Part shown: positions 11,149-22,091 of the stretch, piece by piece
How positions within the stretch are numbered: position 1 is the stretch's first letter
How the letters are laid out: every line of letters starts with the position of its first letter
Assembly: GCF_016433145.1 (NCBI RefSeq)
Contig: NC_058135.1
Coordinates: 57,300,730 to 57,364,606 of the forward strand
Source of the DNA: Gracilinanus agilis
Lineage: Eukaryota
Reading direction: 5' to 3'
DNA length: 63,877 bases
Program-made: the position numbers and the translations under genes
The notes under the pieces: generated by a model
The model's database searches: none
What the model was told of the DNA's origin: nothing
The model's input: only the letters and a program-made list of their open reading frames with translations

Positions 11149-11969
11149 TCTTAATTCTAGTGTTAAAACTTGTTTTTATGGAGGGGGGTGACTATAGAGA
11201 ATTACTGATGTGGATTCCGTCTCCATTAATGCAAATCTTCATCCTATATCACTGAGGAATTAAATGACTTGAATTTAGTCACACAGTCAACACATGTCAG
11301 TGGCAGGACTTGAATTATGGCCTTCTTGACTTCAAAATGACTATCCTCTAGGCATGCCACCTAAATTCCAAAATTAGGCTGAAATAATCATCATGATCTA
11401 TGTTACAACATTAACCCATTAAAATGGCACAAAATAGACAGAACAATAAAAGGAACTGTATCGAATGAAAACAAAATATAGTATTGGAGTTAATGATGAA
11501 ATTTTGTACAAATTAATGGAGCTAAAATTGGCATAGGCTAAAAGATGGTCCATTTTTATGTGTTCATCGTTTTCTATCTTCATTCCTTCATAAAAAATCA
11601 AGTGCCTGTCTTAATTAGTGCCTATTAGAAGTTGCAGCTTGGCCACACTGCAATATCCAGGTGAATAAAATAAAACTGACTGTTTTATAAACAATACGAC
11701 CTACAAAAGCTAACAAAATGCTATTAGGGAAATTCATCTCTCTTGATGTGCTGCTACTCTGGTTGGTTTGAAAAAAAAGAAATCATCTATTTCATTCAAA
11801 ATGAGTTTTCAAAAGACAAATGTGACACCATCAAATCTTGGCTTGTGTCACCGAATGAGCAGTTTCCTCATTTTAGAGATATAATAAGAAAGAAGAGCTA
11901 CTGCAAGATAAAGTATGCTAGGAGGCACTTGGGCAGAAACTTGAATCCATTCAAAAAGAGAACTTTACT

Positions 11970-11973
<4 letters not shown>

Positions 11974-12000
<27 letters not shown>
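11974..12000. repeat. (CA)n microsatellite
   Basis: About 13 perfect CA units. Confidence 0.95.
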
Positions 12001-12004
<4 letters not shown>

Positions 12005-12924
12005 CCTGGGAACTTTTTAAGGGCTAGCAGACCCCATTCAGCCAGAGGGACACTCAGACAGGATTGAAAAACCTGATCTTAATCAGAGCTCAGAGATCTG
12101 TAAATAGAAACAGGTGTCCAAATCAAAGACAGAGGGACCCCAAATAAGAAGCATCATTCAGGACACATGCCCTATCTGGGAGTCGTTAAGGGAGCTGAGA
12201 AAGTAGCAATTGCTGGAAACGTGCCTGAAGAAGGAGGAGGAAACCTGCCTTCTTGTATCTTTTCCTGGCTTGCTTTCTCAAGCAGGAAAAATAATTCCTG
12301 CTGGAGGGTTGGGGATACTTCAACTAAGAAAAAATTGTTTAAGAGCATTACATGGCCTCAATAAAAATGTCAACTCTGACTTGGCACTGATTCCTTCTTT
12401 TACAGGGTCAGGGAAAATGACAATCAGCCTTTAAGCTTGTATAGTTTAGAGTCCTCCAAGGGGTTATGGGAATCACCCATCTGTGATGATCTGGTAAGGG
12501 GAATTATCATAATTATTGTTATTAAATGTTTAAGAACCTACTGGGTCCTGGGCATCTGTGTAGGACACCAGAAAAGCTATAATTTGCCCTCGCTCATTTT
12601 CTTCCCAACCACAGTCTATTGCAGATAAGAGAAGAATTTTTAAGGTTTGAAACTTCACCCTGCTGGTGTTTCAGTCTTCCTCTCCTATTTCTAAAGATCT
12701 GTAGTCTCAAATATTTTCCATTGTTTCTGCTCAATTGTGTTAGTTATTTCTAATAATTGAATCACCATTAGGCAGATGAAACATGCCCTGCAAGGAAGGC
12801 ATCATGGTGAGCACCAAGTTTGATACAAATAAGTTTTGCTTAAAACCCTGGTGACTTACATGACAGATACCAGAACAGAGTTGGGTCCTGGAAGCTAGCT
12901 TGCAAACCAGATAAAAGAGGAATG

Positions 12925-13154
12925 TTTCTGTGGTGGTGCCTGCCTGTAATCCCTGATACCTGGGAGTCTGAGGTTGGTGACTCACTTGCATTCAGGAATT
13001 CTGAGTTGCACTGGACTTAACCAATTGGGTATCTGCACTAAGTCCGGCATCAACAGAGTGATCCCCTAAGGGCAAGGGAGCCACCAGGGGGTCTAAGGAG
13101 GATTGAACTAGCCCAGATCAAAGCTCCCAGGTTGATCAATTGTGGGATCAAGCC
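12925..13154 (+). pseudogene. 7SL (SRP RNA)-derived retrocopy, P7SL-type; internally deleted, 3'-truncated, followed by an A/G-rich tail
   Basis: tgcctgtaatccc...gcactaagtccggcatcaa...gtgatcccc...ccaccagg...ctaaggagg..tgaac..gcccagatcaaagctccc..gttgatca.ttgtgggatc aligns collinearly with the 7SL Alu and S domains. Confidence 0.9.
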
Positions 13155-13369
13155 AAGGAGATGGAGGAGGAGCAAACAGAGGGGAAGAATAAAAAAGAGA
13201 AGAGAAAAAGGAGGAGAAAGGAAGAGGAAAAGAAAAAAAAACCAATGAATATCACAAAAACATTTGCTTCACAAAAGGACAGTATGGGTAAAGATGGTTT
13301 GAAAGCAGAAGGACCTGGGTGTGAATTTGACCTCTCAAATATAGTATCTGTGTAATAAAGAGTATGAAT

Positions 13370-13605
13370 GAGCAGCTGGAGTACAGTGGATGGAGTGCCA
13401 AGCTTGGAGGCAGGAGTTCAAATCTGGCCTCAGACACTGACTGTGTGACCCTGGACAAATTCCTTAACTCTATTTGCCTCAGTTTCCTCATCTGTAAAAT
13501 GAGCTGGAGAAGGAAGTGGCAAACAACTACAATATTTTGCAAGAAAACACCAAATGGGATGATAATCAGGCATGGCTAAAAAATGACTGAACAACAACAA
13601 AACCC
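13370..13605 (+). mobile_element. MAR1-type SINE
   Basis: gagcagctggagtacagtgg...cagtttcctcatctgtaaaatgagctggagaaggaagtggcaaac...aatgactgaacaacaac. Confidence 0.85.
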
Positions 13606-14074
13606 AATTTCATCACGTGGTTGGTCTACACAATTTTATCTGATTTTATAAATTCCAGAGTGGGTGCCCATATAACCCTGTTGAGAGGGCTTCTTCACTG
13701 GAAGTTCCATATATGAATGAAATAATAATTTTGAAAATGAGTACTTATTTATAGGTCCTCAGCTGCTTAACTGGCAGGCCTGACACCACAGAAATCAAAG
13801 CTTTTCTCCATTAAAAATGACTCAAATACTAAGATCGATTATGTCCCAAAATTATAGATATAAGTACACAACCCCACCCAATTACTTGACAAAAATTCAG
13901 CTTGCACTTTACATTTTAGAAATAGGCTATTTCTAGTATGTCTGCAGGGGTTAGGCCATGTGGTGGGCAGTGGGTGGATGTGAAAATTTTATGGGGCAAC
14001 ACTGTGTAATGGAAAGAAGAGGGATTCTTCTTTCTTGTGTTCCAGCTCAGTGGTATGGGTTTCAGCTGTATTTG

Positions 14075-14325
14075 TTGCTGGTGTTGTTCGGTTGTTTTCA
14101 GACATGTTTGACTCTTAATAACCCAGTTTTGAGGTTTTCTTGGCAAAGATACTGGAGTGGTTTGCCATTTCCTCCTCCAGGTCATTTTCCAGATGAGGAA
14201 ACTGAGGCAAACCGAGTAAAGGGAATTGTCCAGGGTCCCACAGCTAGTAAGTGTCTGAGTCTGGATTTGAACTCAGGAAGATGAGTCTTCCTGACTCCAG
14301 GCCTGGCTGAACCACCTAGCTGCAC
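14075..14325 (-). mobile_element. MAR1-type SINE
   Basis: gttgttcggttgttttcagacatg...ttggcaaagatactggagtggtttgccatttcc...cacctagctgc. Confidence 0.87.
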
Positions 14326-16547
14326 CCCATCATGAGACTTTGGGTGAGTAGGTTGGTGGGGGACAGGGTTTAGACTGGATGATCTTCTAGCTCTAAAATT
14401 CTAGGATTGCTCTAACTCCAGAATCCTTGGAACTAAGCTCTATTTCCTTGGGCTCAAGAGAATGATGGAAGGCAGAGAAGTACTGTTCTGAAGAAGGTTT
14501 GAAAGCAAGTACTTCAAGATCCTTTCTTATCATACACCCTGATGCCCAGAGGTTCATTAGCTACAGCCTGAAGCATTTGGGCCACTTCTCTGGTATAAAC
14601 TGCCACTGCTTTTGTAAATCATTCAGAGGGGGAAAAAAACTACTTTCACTCTCCAAGCCAAGCAGGAATTAAAATAGTCCAATATGGCTAGATTGACAGT
14701 ATTTCAAGGATTTGTGAATCACATTCACAATTGATCTCATTTGCCTGGAAGGTACTTATTACTTCCATTTTTTAGTTGAGGAAAGGGAAGGAGATAGCAA
14801 CAAGCATTTGTTAAGCTCCTACTGTGGGCCAGACAACTAAGCTAAGCACTTTGATGCTCACAACTCTGAAAGGCAGGTGCTATTATGATCCCCATTTTAT
14901 AGTTGAGAAAACTGAGGAAAGCAGAAGTTAAGTAGCATGCCCAGGACCATTCAGTAAGTGTCTGAGGTTGGATTTGAACTCAAGTCTTCCTAACTCCAAG
15001 TTCAGCCTTCTATTCACGGCTACCTAGTCCTCCATATTTAGGACAATGAATGATTCACATCCTCTAGAGCTTCTTCCTGAGTATGGGCTGGCTGTATCAA
15101 ACCTAGATACTTCCCTTTAGACCAAAACATGGTACAGTGGAAAAGGCATAGAATCTGGACCCCAGCTTTACCATCTACTGCTTTAGGGCAAATTATTCCA
15201 TCTTTCTCTGCCTTGATTTCCTTTTATGTAAAATGAAGGGTTTTCGCTTGATATCTTCTAAGATTCCTTCCAGTTCTAAATTTATGACTAAGAAAAGATC
15301 TTGCCTTACAGATTTGGAGAAGAGAGAGGGATCTTAAGAGAGGGGCACTGTTTTCTCCCTTTAAGACAAATGGGGTGGGAATTAGAGGACTTGGGTTTAG
15401 ATCTTGGCTTTGTCCCTTAGCAATCTGTATATGCTGATATTACCTCGAACATATCCCTAAATCTCACTAGGCTACTTTTTCCTCATCTGGGAAATGAGAG
15501 GTTAGACTACATGGTTGCTGATCTTCTTTCCAACCTTCCATCTATGACATGCTAGAACTCTGGGTTCTCTCCCAAGTGCTTCAATATTTACCTACTTTCC
15601 CTTCTCCTCCCTTTCAGCTCCTAATCTGGATAGTGTTCTTAACTGAACCAGCTTGCTCTGGATTCGGAACCTTCTTCATATTTGCCATTCTTCCCTTGCT
15701 ACACTGTCCCATCCTTTTCAGGCCCTATTCCCCATCCCCCAGTTCCATGCCACCCCACCCTGCCCCATATCATGCCACATTTTCACTTGCTTCTATCACA
15801 CCTGCTCACCAGACTCATCTTTTCCGTAAGACTTTTTCAGATTCAACCACCAGCTTCACTTACTCAAATCATTCAAATAGGCCTCCAAACAAAGCCCAAC
15901 AAGCCACAGACTCTCTGGGGATAAGATCAACATTCTGATGGCTTTGTGAGCTCAGGGATATGGGCACTCCTTCCAATCATGCACTGGCAGACCTCCTTTG
16001 AGACTCTCATCCATCATTCCTCAAAGTCCTCCAACATAGAGTAGATGTGGCAGGGGGTCCCATTGCTCTGTTCTGGTTGTGGGGGAGCCCTAGAGGAGAA
16101 AACTGAGGAACTCCCTAAGAGGAATCTTTTAGCAGGTTTTCCCTGGTCCCCCTGGTGTCTGATGAATGATGTCAGGGTGCACCACGAATCATGGAGGGCT
16201 CTGGGGCTTAGCTTGGCTTACTAGCTTCAAGCCCCTCTCCTCCTCCCTGGGACAGTCTTGGCCATCTGCCTACTGCGGATGACAGACAAATAGGAAGAGG
16301 ATGGGAGTATGGGACCTGAGAGTCCCCACAGTCCAAGGAAGAAACAAGAAAGCTTAAATAATGTAGAATTTACTGCAAAAAAATGTCCATTGTGGATAAG
16401 CATCTTATAGGTGATTTTGGTTTAATAAAATTCTTCCCATTAAAAAAACAGTAAGCCAGGTTCTCTGAAGGCCTGTTAGGTACCACATCTTCAGCTATAC
16501 ACAAATCTCTGTTCCACTGTAATGTTTGTCATAACGGGGGCTCGATT

Positions 16548-16755
16548 TTTTTAAACCTTTACTTTCTGTCTTAGAATTAAGATTATGTATTGAGCCCAAA
16601 GGTAGGAAAGCAGTAGGTTAGGAGGTTAGGCAGCTGAGGTTAGGAGACTTGCCCAGGGTCACACAGCCGGGAAGTGTCTGATGCCACATTTGAATGCCAA
16701 GACCTCCCACATCCAGTTCTGGCTCTTTATTCACTGAACCACCTCACTGCCCCTG
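16548..16755 (-). mobile_element. SINE1_Mdo-type SINE
   Basis: ttttttaaacctttactttctgtcttagaatt...gacttgcccagggtcacacagcc. Confidence 0.82.
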
Positions 16756-17197
16756 GGGCTCTGTTTTTGTTGATGTTTCTTGGACATCCATCCCATCTCA
16801 TCCATTAAATGACAAACTTCTATGGGCTACCTGAGTTGTTTTTCATTCTTCCCAGGGTCCAAGTGTACAATCTAGGTGCTAAATTTCCTTGAGTCTGGCA
16901 ATTCATGAGAAGTGACTTTAATTTTCAATGCGAGCATTTACACCTCAGAAGTTGGCAATATAAATCAGCTTGGTGTATTGTTTTTCTGATTGCCTAGGGT
17001 TAAAAAGGTGATGGAGAAAACCTTGACAGTGTAGATTAAACTTAAAAGTATAACAACATATTTATAGGAGGGGAGAGCTGGTTGTTAAACATTCCCCAGT
17101 ACATGGATGCTAGAGGGTCATTGAATTTGGGTGGGATTTAGTGAAATGTTTCCATGGCTACTGTAAATACCCACATGCTATTAATAGCGCTACTTAC

Positions 17198-17360
17198 CCT
17201 TCTGCCTAGAATCTGGTTGATAGCTGCACTTTCTTTCAGAGTACACTCAGCTACAACATTCGCTCTCATCTCTTTCATGTATAACATAAAAGCATTCAGA
17301 GGTTTCTTAATGTGAGGTCTTTTCGGCTCCTGCTCCTTTCTCTGTTCATGCTGAGGCTTC
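17198..17360 (-). CDS. LEF1: LEF1 exon 8, N-terminal half of the HMG box [54 protein letters not shown], 163 nt
   Basis: cttttag|GAAGCC...GGCAGAAGG|gtaagt; canonical TCF/LEF HMG signature [17 protein letters not shown]. Confidence 0.99.
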
Positions 17361-17894
17361 CTAAAAGGTGGAGGTTGGGGGTAGTGAGAAGGAGATCACA
17401 AGGGAAAGAAAAGAGTGTATCTGTTTATCATCGATGGCCAAACTTCTAGGAATCAAGCTGGCAGGCTCACTGTGCATCCATAGGGCCTCACATTGGAAGA
17501 GATGGGACCCAGTTCCATAGGTTAAGCCTAATTATGTCTATGAAAAAACCCAACAAACCATTGGCTCTTTGTGGATCAAGGCTTTCATTAATGATACTGG
17601 TTTTATAACGCTTCCCATGAGAAAGAAAAGGACTTAATGTTCTTTGACGTAAACTGGAAATGGATTTAGAGATAGAGGTAGAGGCCCTATCTTCAGGCTA
17701 CTTAAAGCCTGAATTCTTGGATTTCTTTACGTGAAACAGTATGCCATATTGGTGCACACTTCTTTATAATCAATCGAGTTAGCCGACAGATATCTATTTA
17801 GCACCTACTATGTGTCAGGCATTGTGCTAAGCACTGGGGACACAAAAACTAAAACGAAGACATCTTATCTTCAAGGGGCTTACATTCTAAAATC

Positions 17895-18330
17895 AGAATC
17901 ACAGAATTTGAGAACTGGAAGTCACCTCCACAGCCCATTAGTTATACCTGAAAGGAATCCTAAGAGTTCCCTGATAGGTAAGTGTTCACTTGATTTCTGC
18001 TTAAAGGGAGAACCTCCTTTTTTCCCAACCTATTCCATCTTGGACAGATCTAATTGTTAGGGAGGCTTTTTCCTAAAATGAAGCCTGAGTTGACATCTTT
18101 GCAACATCCACCCATGGCTCTGTCCTCTGGGGCCAAAGAGGACAAGGTCAATCCTACTTTCACTTGATAATCCTTCAAAAAGAAGAAGATAGTTATTTTG
18201 TTCCTCTTTGGTCACCTCTTCTCCAGGCTTACTTTGCCCTTCCTTAGAGCGATCAAATGACATGGACTGTATCCCTTTCCAGCTTATCAGTGTTCTTCTA
18301 AAACTTGGATACCCCCAAATGACCTTCAAT
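17895..18330 (-). mobile_element. L3/CR1 LINE 3' fragment
   Basis: cctaaaatgaagcctgagttgac...tttgcaacatccaccc...ctgtcctctggggccaa...cttctccaggct is the reverse complement of a CR1 3' end. Confidence 0.72.
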
Positions 18331-18487
18331 CCTGTTGTGAAGTTAAGGGGATGCCTTTGGCACCAAGAGGGCATAGCCTGAGGCACAGGGTTCTTTTTGT
18401 CCCTAATCTCTGCACTGCTGAAGCTACAAACCAGGATGAGCAATGCCTTTAGCAGTTTACTTTATTTTTATTTCATTTATGTATTTA

Positions 18488-18672
18488 TTAAACCCTTACC
18501 TTTTTCTTAGAATCAATATCAGCTCCAAGGCAGAAGAATAGTAAAGACTAAGCAACTGGGGTTAAGTGACTTGCTCAAGGTCACACAGCCAGGAAGTCTG
18601 AGGTCAGATTTGAACCCATGTTCTCTTGTCTCCAGGCCTGGCCCTCTATCCACTAAGTAACCTTGCTGCCCC
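18488..18672 (-). mobile_element. SINE1_Mdo-type SINE
   Basis: aaacccttacc...ttagaatcaata...ggggttaagtgacttgctcaaggtcacacagc...gctgcccc. Confidence 0.86.
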
Positions 18673-18980
18673 AACTAGTTTACTTTAAAAGGGCTTTCGA
18701 GGAGACCTCGGGTAGTCCCAGCTCCTTTACTGTATGAGCTGAATTCCAGTTAGCACCCAAGTTTATTACTCAGCAGTCAAGCTCTGGAGATGGATCCCCT
18801 TAGGGGGAGTAAGCTTTATTGATTATCTCACGTTCAACTCCTTGCCTTCTGAATCCAAGATTAAAAAAAAAATGATCACTACATGGGGAATCAAGGGGCT
18901 TCGTAGGGAAGCAAGTTTTCCTAATATGAGAAGGGGGACATGAGAATTGGCCAGGATGCCAAGAAACCAGGGGAACTTAC

Positions 18981-19103
18981 ACGTGCATTAGCTCATTGTC
19001 AGTATGAGGGTGTTCCTGCTTGACCTGAGGTGTTACAATAGCTGGATGAGGGATTCCAGTTGTGTGAGGACCTGGAGGGCCAGGGATCATATGATGTGAA
19101 AAC
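18981..19103 (-). CDS. LEF1: LEF1 exon 7 (R)[40 protein letters not shown](V), 123 nt
   Basis: ttcctttag|GTTTTCA...ATGCACGT|gtaagt; includes the VKQE SUMO consensus. Confidence 0.98.
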
Positions 19104-19334
19104 CTAAAGGAAAAAAGAAAGAGAGAGAAATAAATGCCTACTGATAAGCCATCAAAGCAAAAATCAGGGAGATGCCAGCAAGTAGGACCCTCCAGAGAAA
19201 TGTGGGAACACCATGGGGCTGACAGTACAAATACTGCTCACTGAACACAAGAGAAGTTAACTATTTCTTTTTGTGACTGTATTTTTTTTCTTAAGTCAAC
19301 TGATCAAAATTTACCAGACTTTTTGTATATTTAC

Positions 19335-19530
19335 TTTTAAAACTCTTGCCTTTCTTCTTAGAATTAATGCTATGTATTGGTTTCAAGGCAGAAGAATAGT
19401 AAGGGCTAAGCAATGTGGGTAAGGGGCTTGCCCAGGGTCCCACAGTTTGGAAGTGTCTGAGACTAGATTTGAACTAAGGACTTCATCTCTAGACCTGGCT
19501 CTCAATCCCCTGAGCCATTTATATGCTCTC
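19335..19530 (-). mobile_element. SINE1_Mdo-type SINE
   Basis: cttagaattaatgctatgtattggtttcaaggcagaagaatagtaagggc...ggaagtgtctgag. Confidence 0.83.
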
Positions 19531-19627
19531 CCTTGACCAATGAAAAGGACTGAAAGAAGACTCAAAGGACTATAGTATCATACATACATCTAGAAGAGAC
19601 CTTTTAGATTCTCGATTCCAACTCCCT

Positions 19628-19825
19628 CTTTTTTTTTTTACCTTTGGTCTTAGAATAAATATTGTATATTGGTTCCAAGGTAGAAGATCATTAAGGGCTA
19701 GGCTATTAGGATTAAATGACTTACCCAGGATCACAAAACTAGAAAGTGTCTGAGGCCAGGTTTGAACTCAGGACTTCCCATCTCCAAGTCTCGCTCTCTA
19801 GCAAATGAGTTAGCTAGCTGCCTCC
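19628..19825 (-). mobile_element. SINE1_Mdo-type SINE
   Basis: tttttttacc...cttagaataatattgtatattggttccaagg...gaaagtgtctgaggccagg. Confidence 0.83.
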
Positions 19826-19945
19826 CAACCTTTTTTAAGGAAATTGAGGCCAAGAGAGATTACCTTCCTTGCCTAAGGTCCTGAGGTCAAGGATCAAAAA
19901 ATCAAAGATTTACTGCTAAGAAGGGCCCATGGAGGCCATTATATC

Positions 19946-20134
19946 NNNNNNNNNNNNNNNNNNNNNNNNNNNNNNNNNNNNNNNNNNNNNNNNNNNNNNN
20001 NNNNNNNNNNNNNNNNNNNNNNNNNNNNNNNNNNNNNNNNNNNNNNNNNNNNNNNNNNNNNNNNNNNNNNNNNNNNNNNNNNNNNNNNNNNNNNNNNNNN
20101 NNNNNNNNNNNNNNNNNNNNNNNNNNNNNNNNNN
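19946..20134. other. Assembly gap (189 N) in intron 6
   Basis: N run. Confidence 1.
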
Positions 20135-21919
20135 GAGTTTTCCAAATAATACTGTCAAAAGAACCATTAATTTGAAATTTGACATTCTGTTACAGTGATT
20201 CTTTTTATAATTTTAGCAAGAGACCGAAGAAATAAAACAAAAAGGTTATCTATCCACTTGGGGAAAGGTATCTAAGTACAAGAACCTCCATCCCATCTCC
20301 CACCCCCAAAATCTATCCAATTTTTGCTCCACCCAATCCAAAGATCAGGTGAAGAAAAAGGAAGGATTCCTTCAAATAATAAACTTAATTAAGAAAGTCC
20401 CAGATACTTTTCTGTACTTACTGCACAGAGTCTCCCTGATACAATATCAAGATAACTGTTAAAAAAAATCCTGACTTCTGGAAAACTGATAGAGAATTCA
20501 AGAAGACAATTTTAACCAGTACAGTGTTGTGTTTGATAACAAGAGAAAGCTGTGTACATGTATCAAAAGCAATTATACTTCCAAAAGCTTGCATAGCTTT
20601 AAAATTGTCTTAAAATATCCACCACCAAATGAGCACAAAGGAGGGAAACTGCCATGCAAGAAAGTTAAACAAATAAAAGTCAGAAGATCACAGGCTTAGA
20701 ACTGGAAAGCCTCAGTGGAGGTCATCTCCTTTCAACAAGCTCTTTAGATATGTTTGGTTTTATTTAGGGAACTTCTGCTTTTCAAAGTGTTTGAAGGGTC
20801 TAAGAAGAGCCCTCCTCTTCCTCCATGGCCTTCCCGTACACCCAAGGTTGGCAGCTTTCTTCAACTCCTCTAACCCCCAAATCAGGTCTTTTGGGAGAAG
20901 CCAATTTAAGCTCTTTCATCTGGAAAGAAAAGCCAATTCTGTGGGACTTTCATCAGAGGATGAATCTGCTAAATTTAAGATTAAAAAAAAAACACAACAA
21001 AATCCAACACCCAATACTAGTTATTTGTCAGTAAAAAAGAAACAAAACAAAAAAAAAACTGTCACTGGACAGCTCTAACAGTGTGACTTCAAGTGGTTGT
21101 ACATTTTCTTTTCCATGTGGGGGAAATAGCTAAGTTTGTCCTGGGCTCTCTAACTGCAATGTCTATGATTCACCTAAAAAAGAGTAAAGAACCTATGAAA
21201 CTCAAGTTACAAATAAATAAACTGTGATGCCCATTTGTTAGCCAAACAGGATGATGTCCCATGTAATGACAATATTCCCCATCACACCGAATGCACAGAT
21301 AAATACATTGCAATCTTGGGGGAATATATCAAGCACAGGATTCAGAAGCCATTTTTTCCCAGGTGCAAAAGCATTACACAGAGCAGTTTCAAAGTGTGGC
21401 AGGGCAGGTCTCAGAGAGCAATGCTTGCACTAATAAGTCAACACATGGCCTGATTCACACACTAGTACTGACATCCCAGAGGTCCTGACAGCTTGTACAC
21501 ACAACCCCTCTCCTCGGGGCTAAGCCTGGACCCTGCAGAATCTACGTATTTTTTACCAACTAGTCATGCTACACTGAACTTGCCACTCACGTCCAGGAAG
21601 CAAATTAGAGACCAGTCTAGTGTCCTTCTCCCTCCTCCCCAATATATTTTATTAAATAAAGCAAACTCTGACTGCAGTTTCCGACATCAGAATGTTTCAC
21701 ACCCCACACATCCGTGTAGCGAGGAGCCCTGCCACTTTGGGAGCCAATACTTCCAAGTGTGGGTGATGGCCGATCATGGGTATTTCCGGTTTCCATCTCC
21801 TGTCTACCGTCTATGGCTCCTGCCTGGGAAATCCTAATTAGCACTTCTAGTGTGGGAGCCAGGCAGCCTGCGTCTACAGACAGACATGTTGTTGAAATTG
21901 AGGCACCGCTCCTAGCTGT

Positions 21920-21970
21920 CTGAAAGGCAAGCAGAGGCATACAAGATGCAAGCAGAAAAGCAGCAGCTTG
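21920..21970 (-). promoter_or_regulatory. Candidate intronic splicing-regulatory element downstream of cassette exon 6 (UGC/YGCY cluster)
   Basis: Sense RNA gcugcugcuuuucugcuugcaucuuguaugccucugcuugccuuucag has six YGCY in about 45 nt, starting about 40 nt after the exon 6 donor. Confidence 0.55.
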
Positions 21971-22007
21971 TATTCAAATGCCCCAGTTTTCCACCTCCTC
22001 CACCTAC

Positions 22008-22091
22008 CTGGACATGGAAGTGTCGACTGAGAGTGAGGATGGGTAGGGCTGCCTGAATCCACCCGTGATGGGATATACAGGCTGACCTTGC
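22008..22091 (-). CDS. LEF1: LEF1 exon 6, cassette exon (W)QGQPVYPITGGFRQPYPSSLSVDTSMS(R), 84 nt
   Basis: gtgacctcag|GCAAGG...ATGTCCAG|gtaggt; length divisible by 3 and phase 2-2, matching the known alternatively spliced exon VI. Confidence 0.98.

Noticed and set aside
15549-15938. 129-aa plus-strand ORF
   Set aside because: Pyrimidine-rich low-complexity sequence, antisense to LEF1, starting in MIR-like sequence; no recognisable domain.
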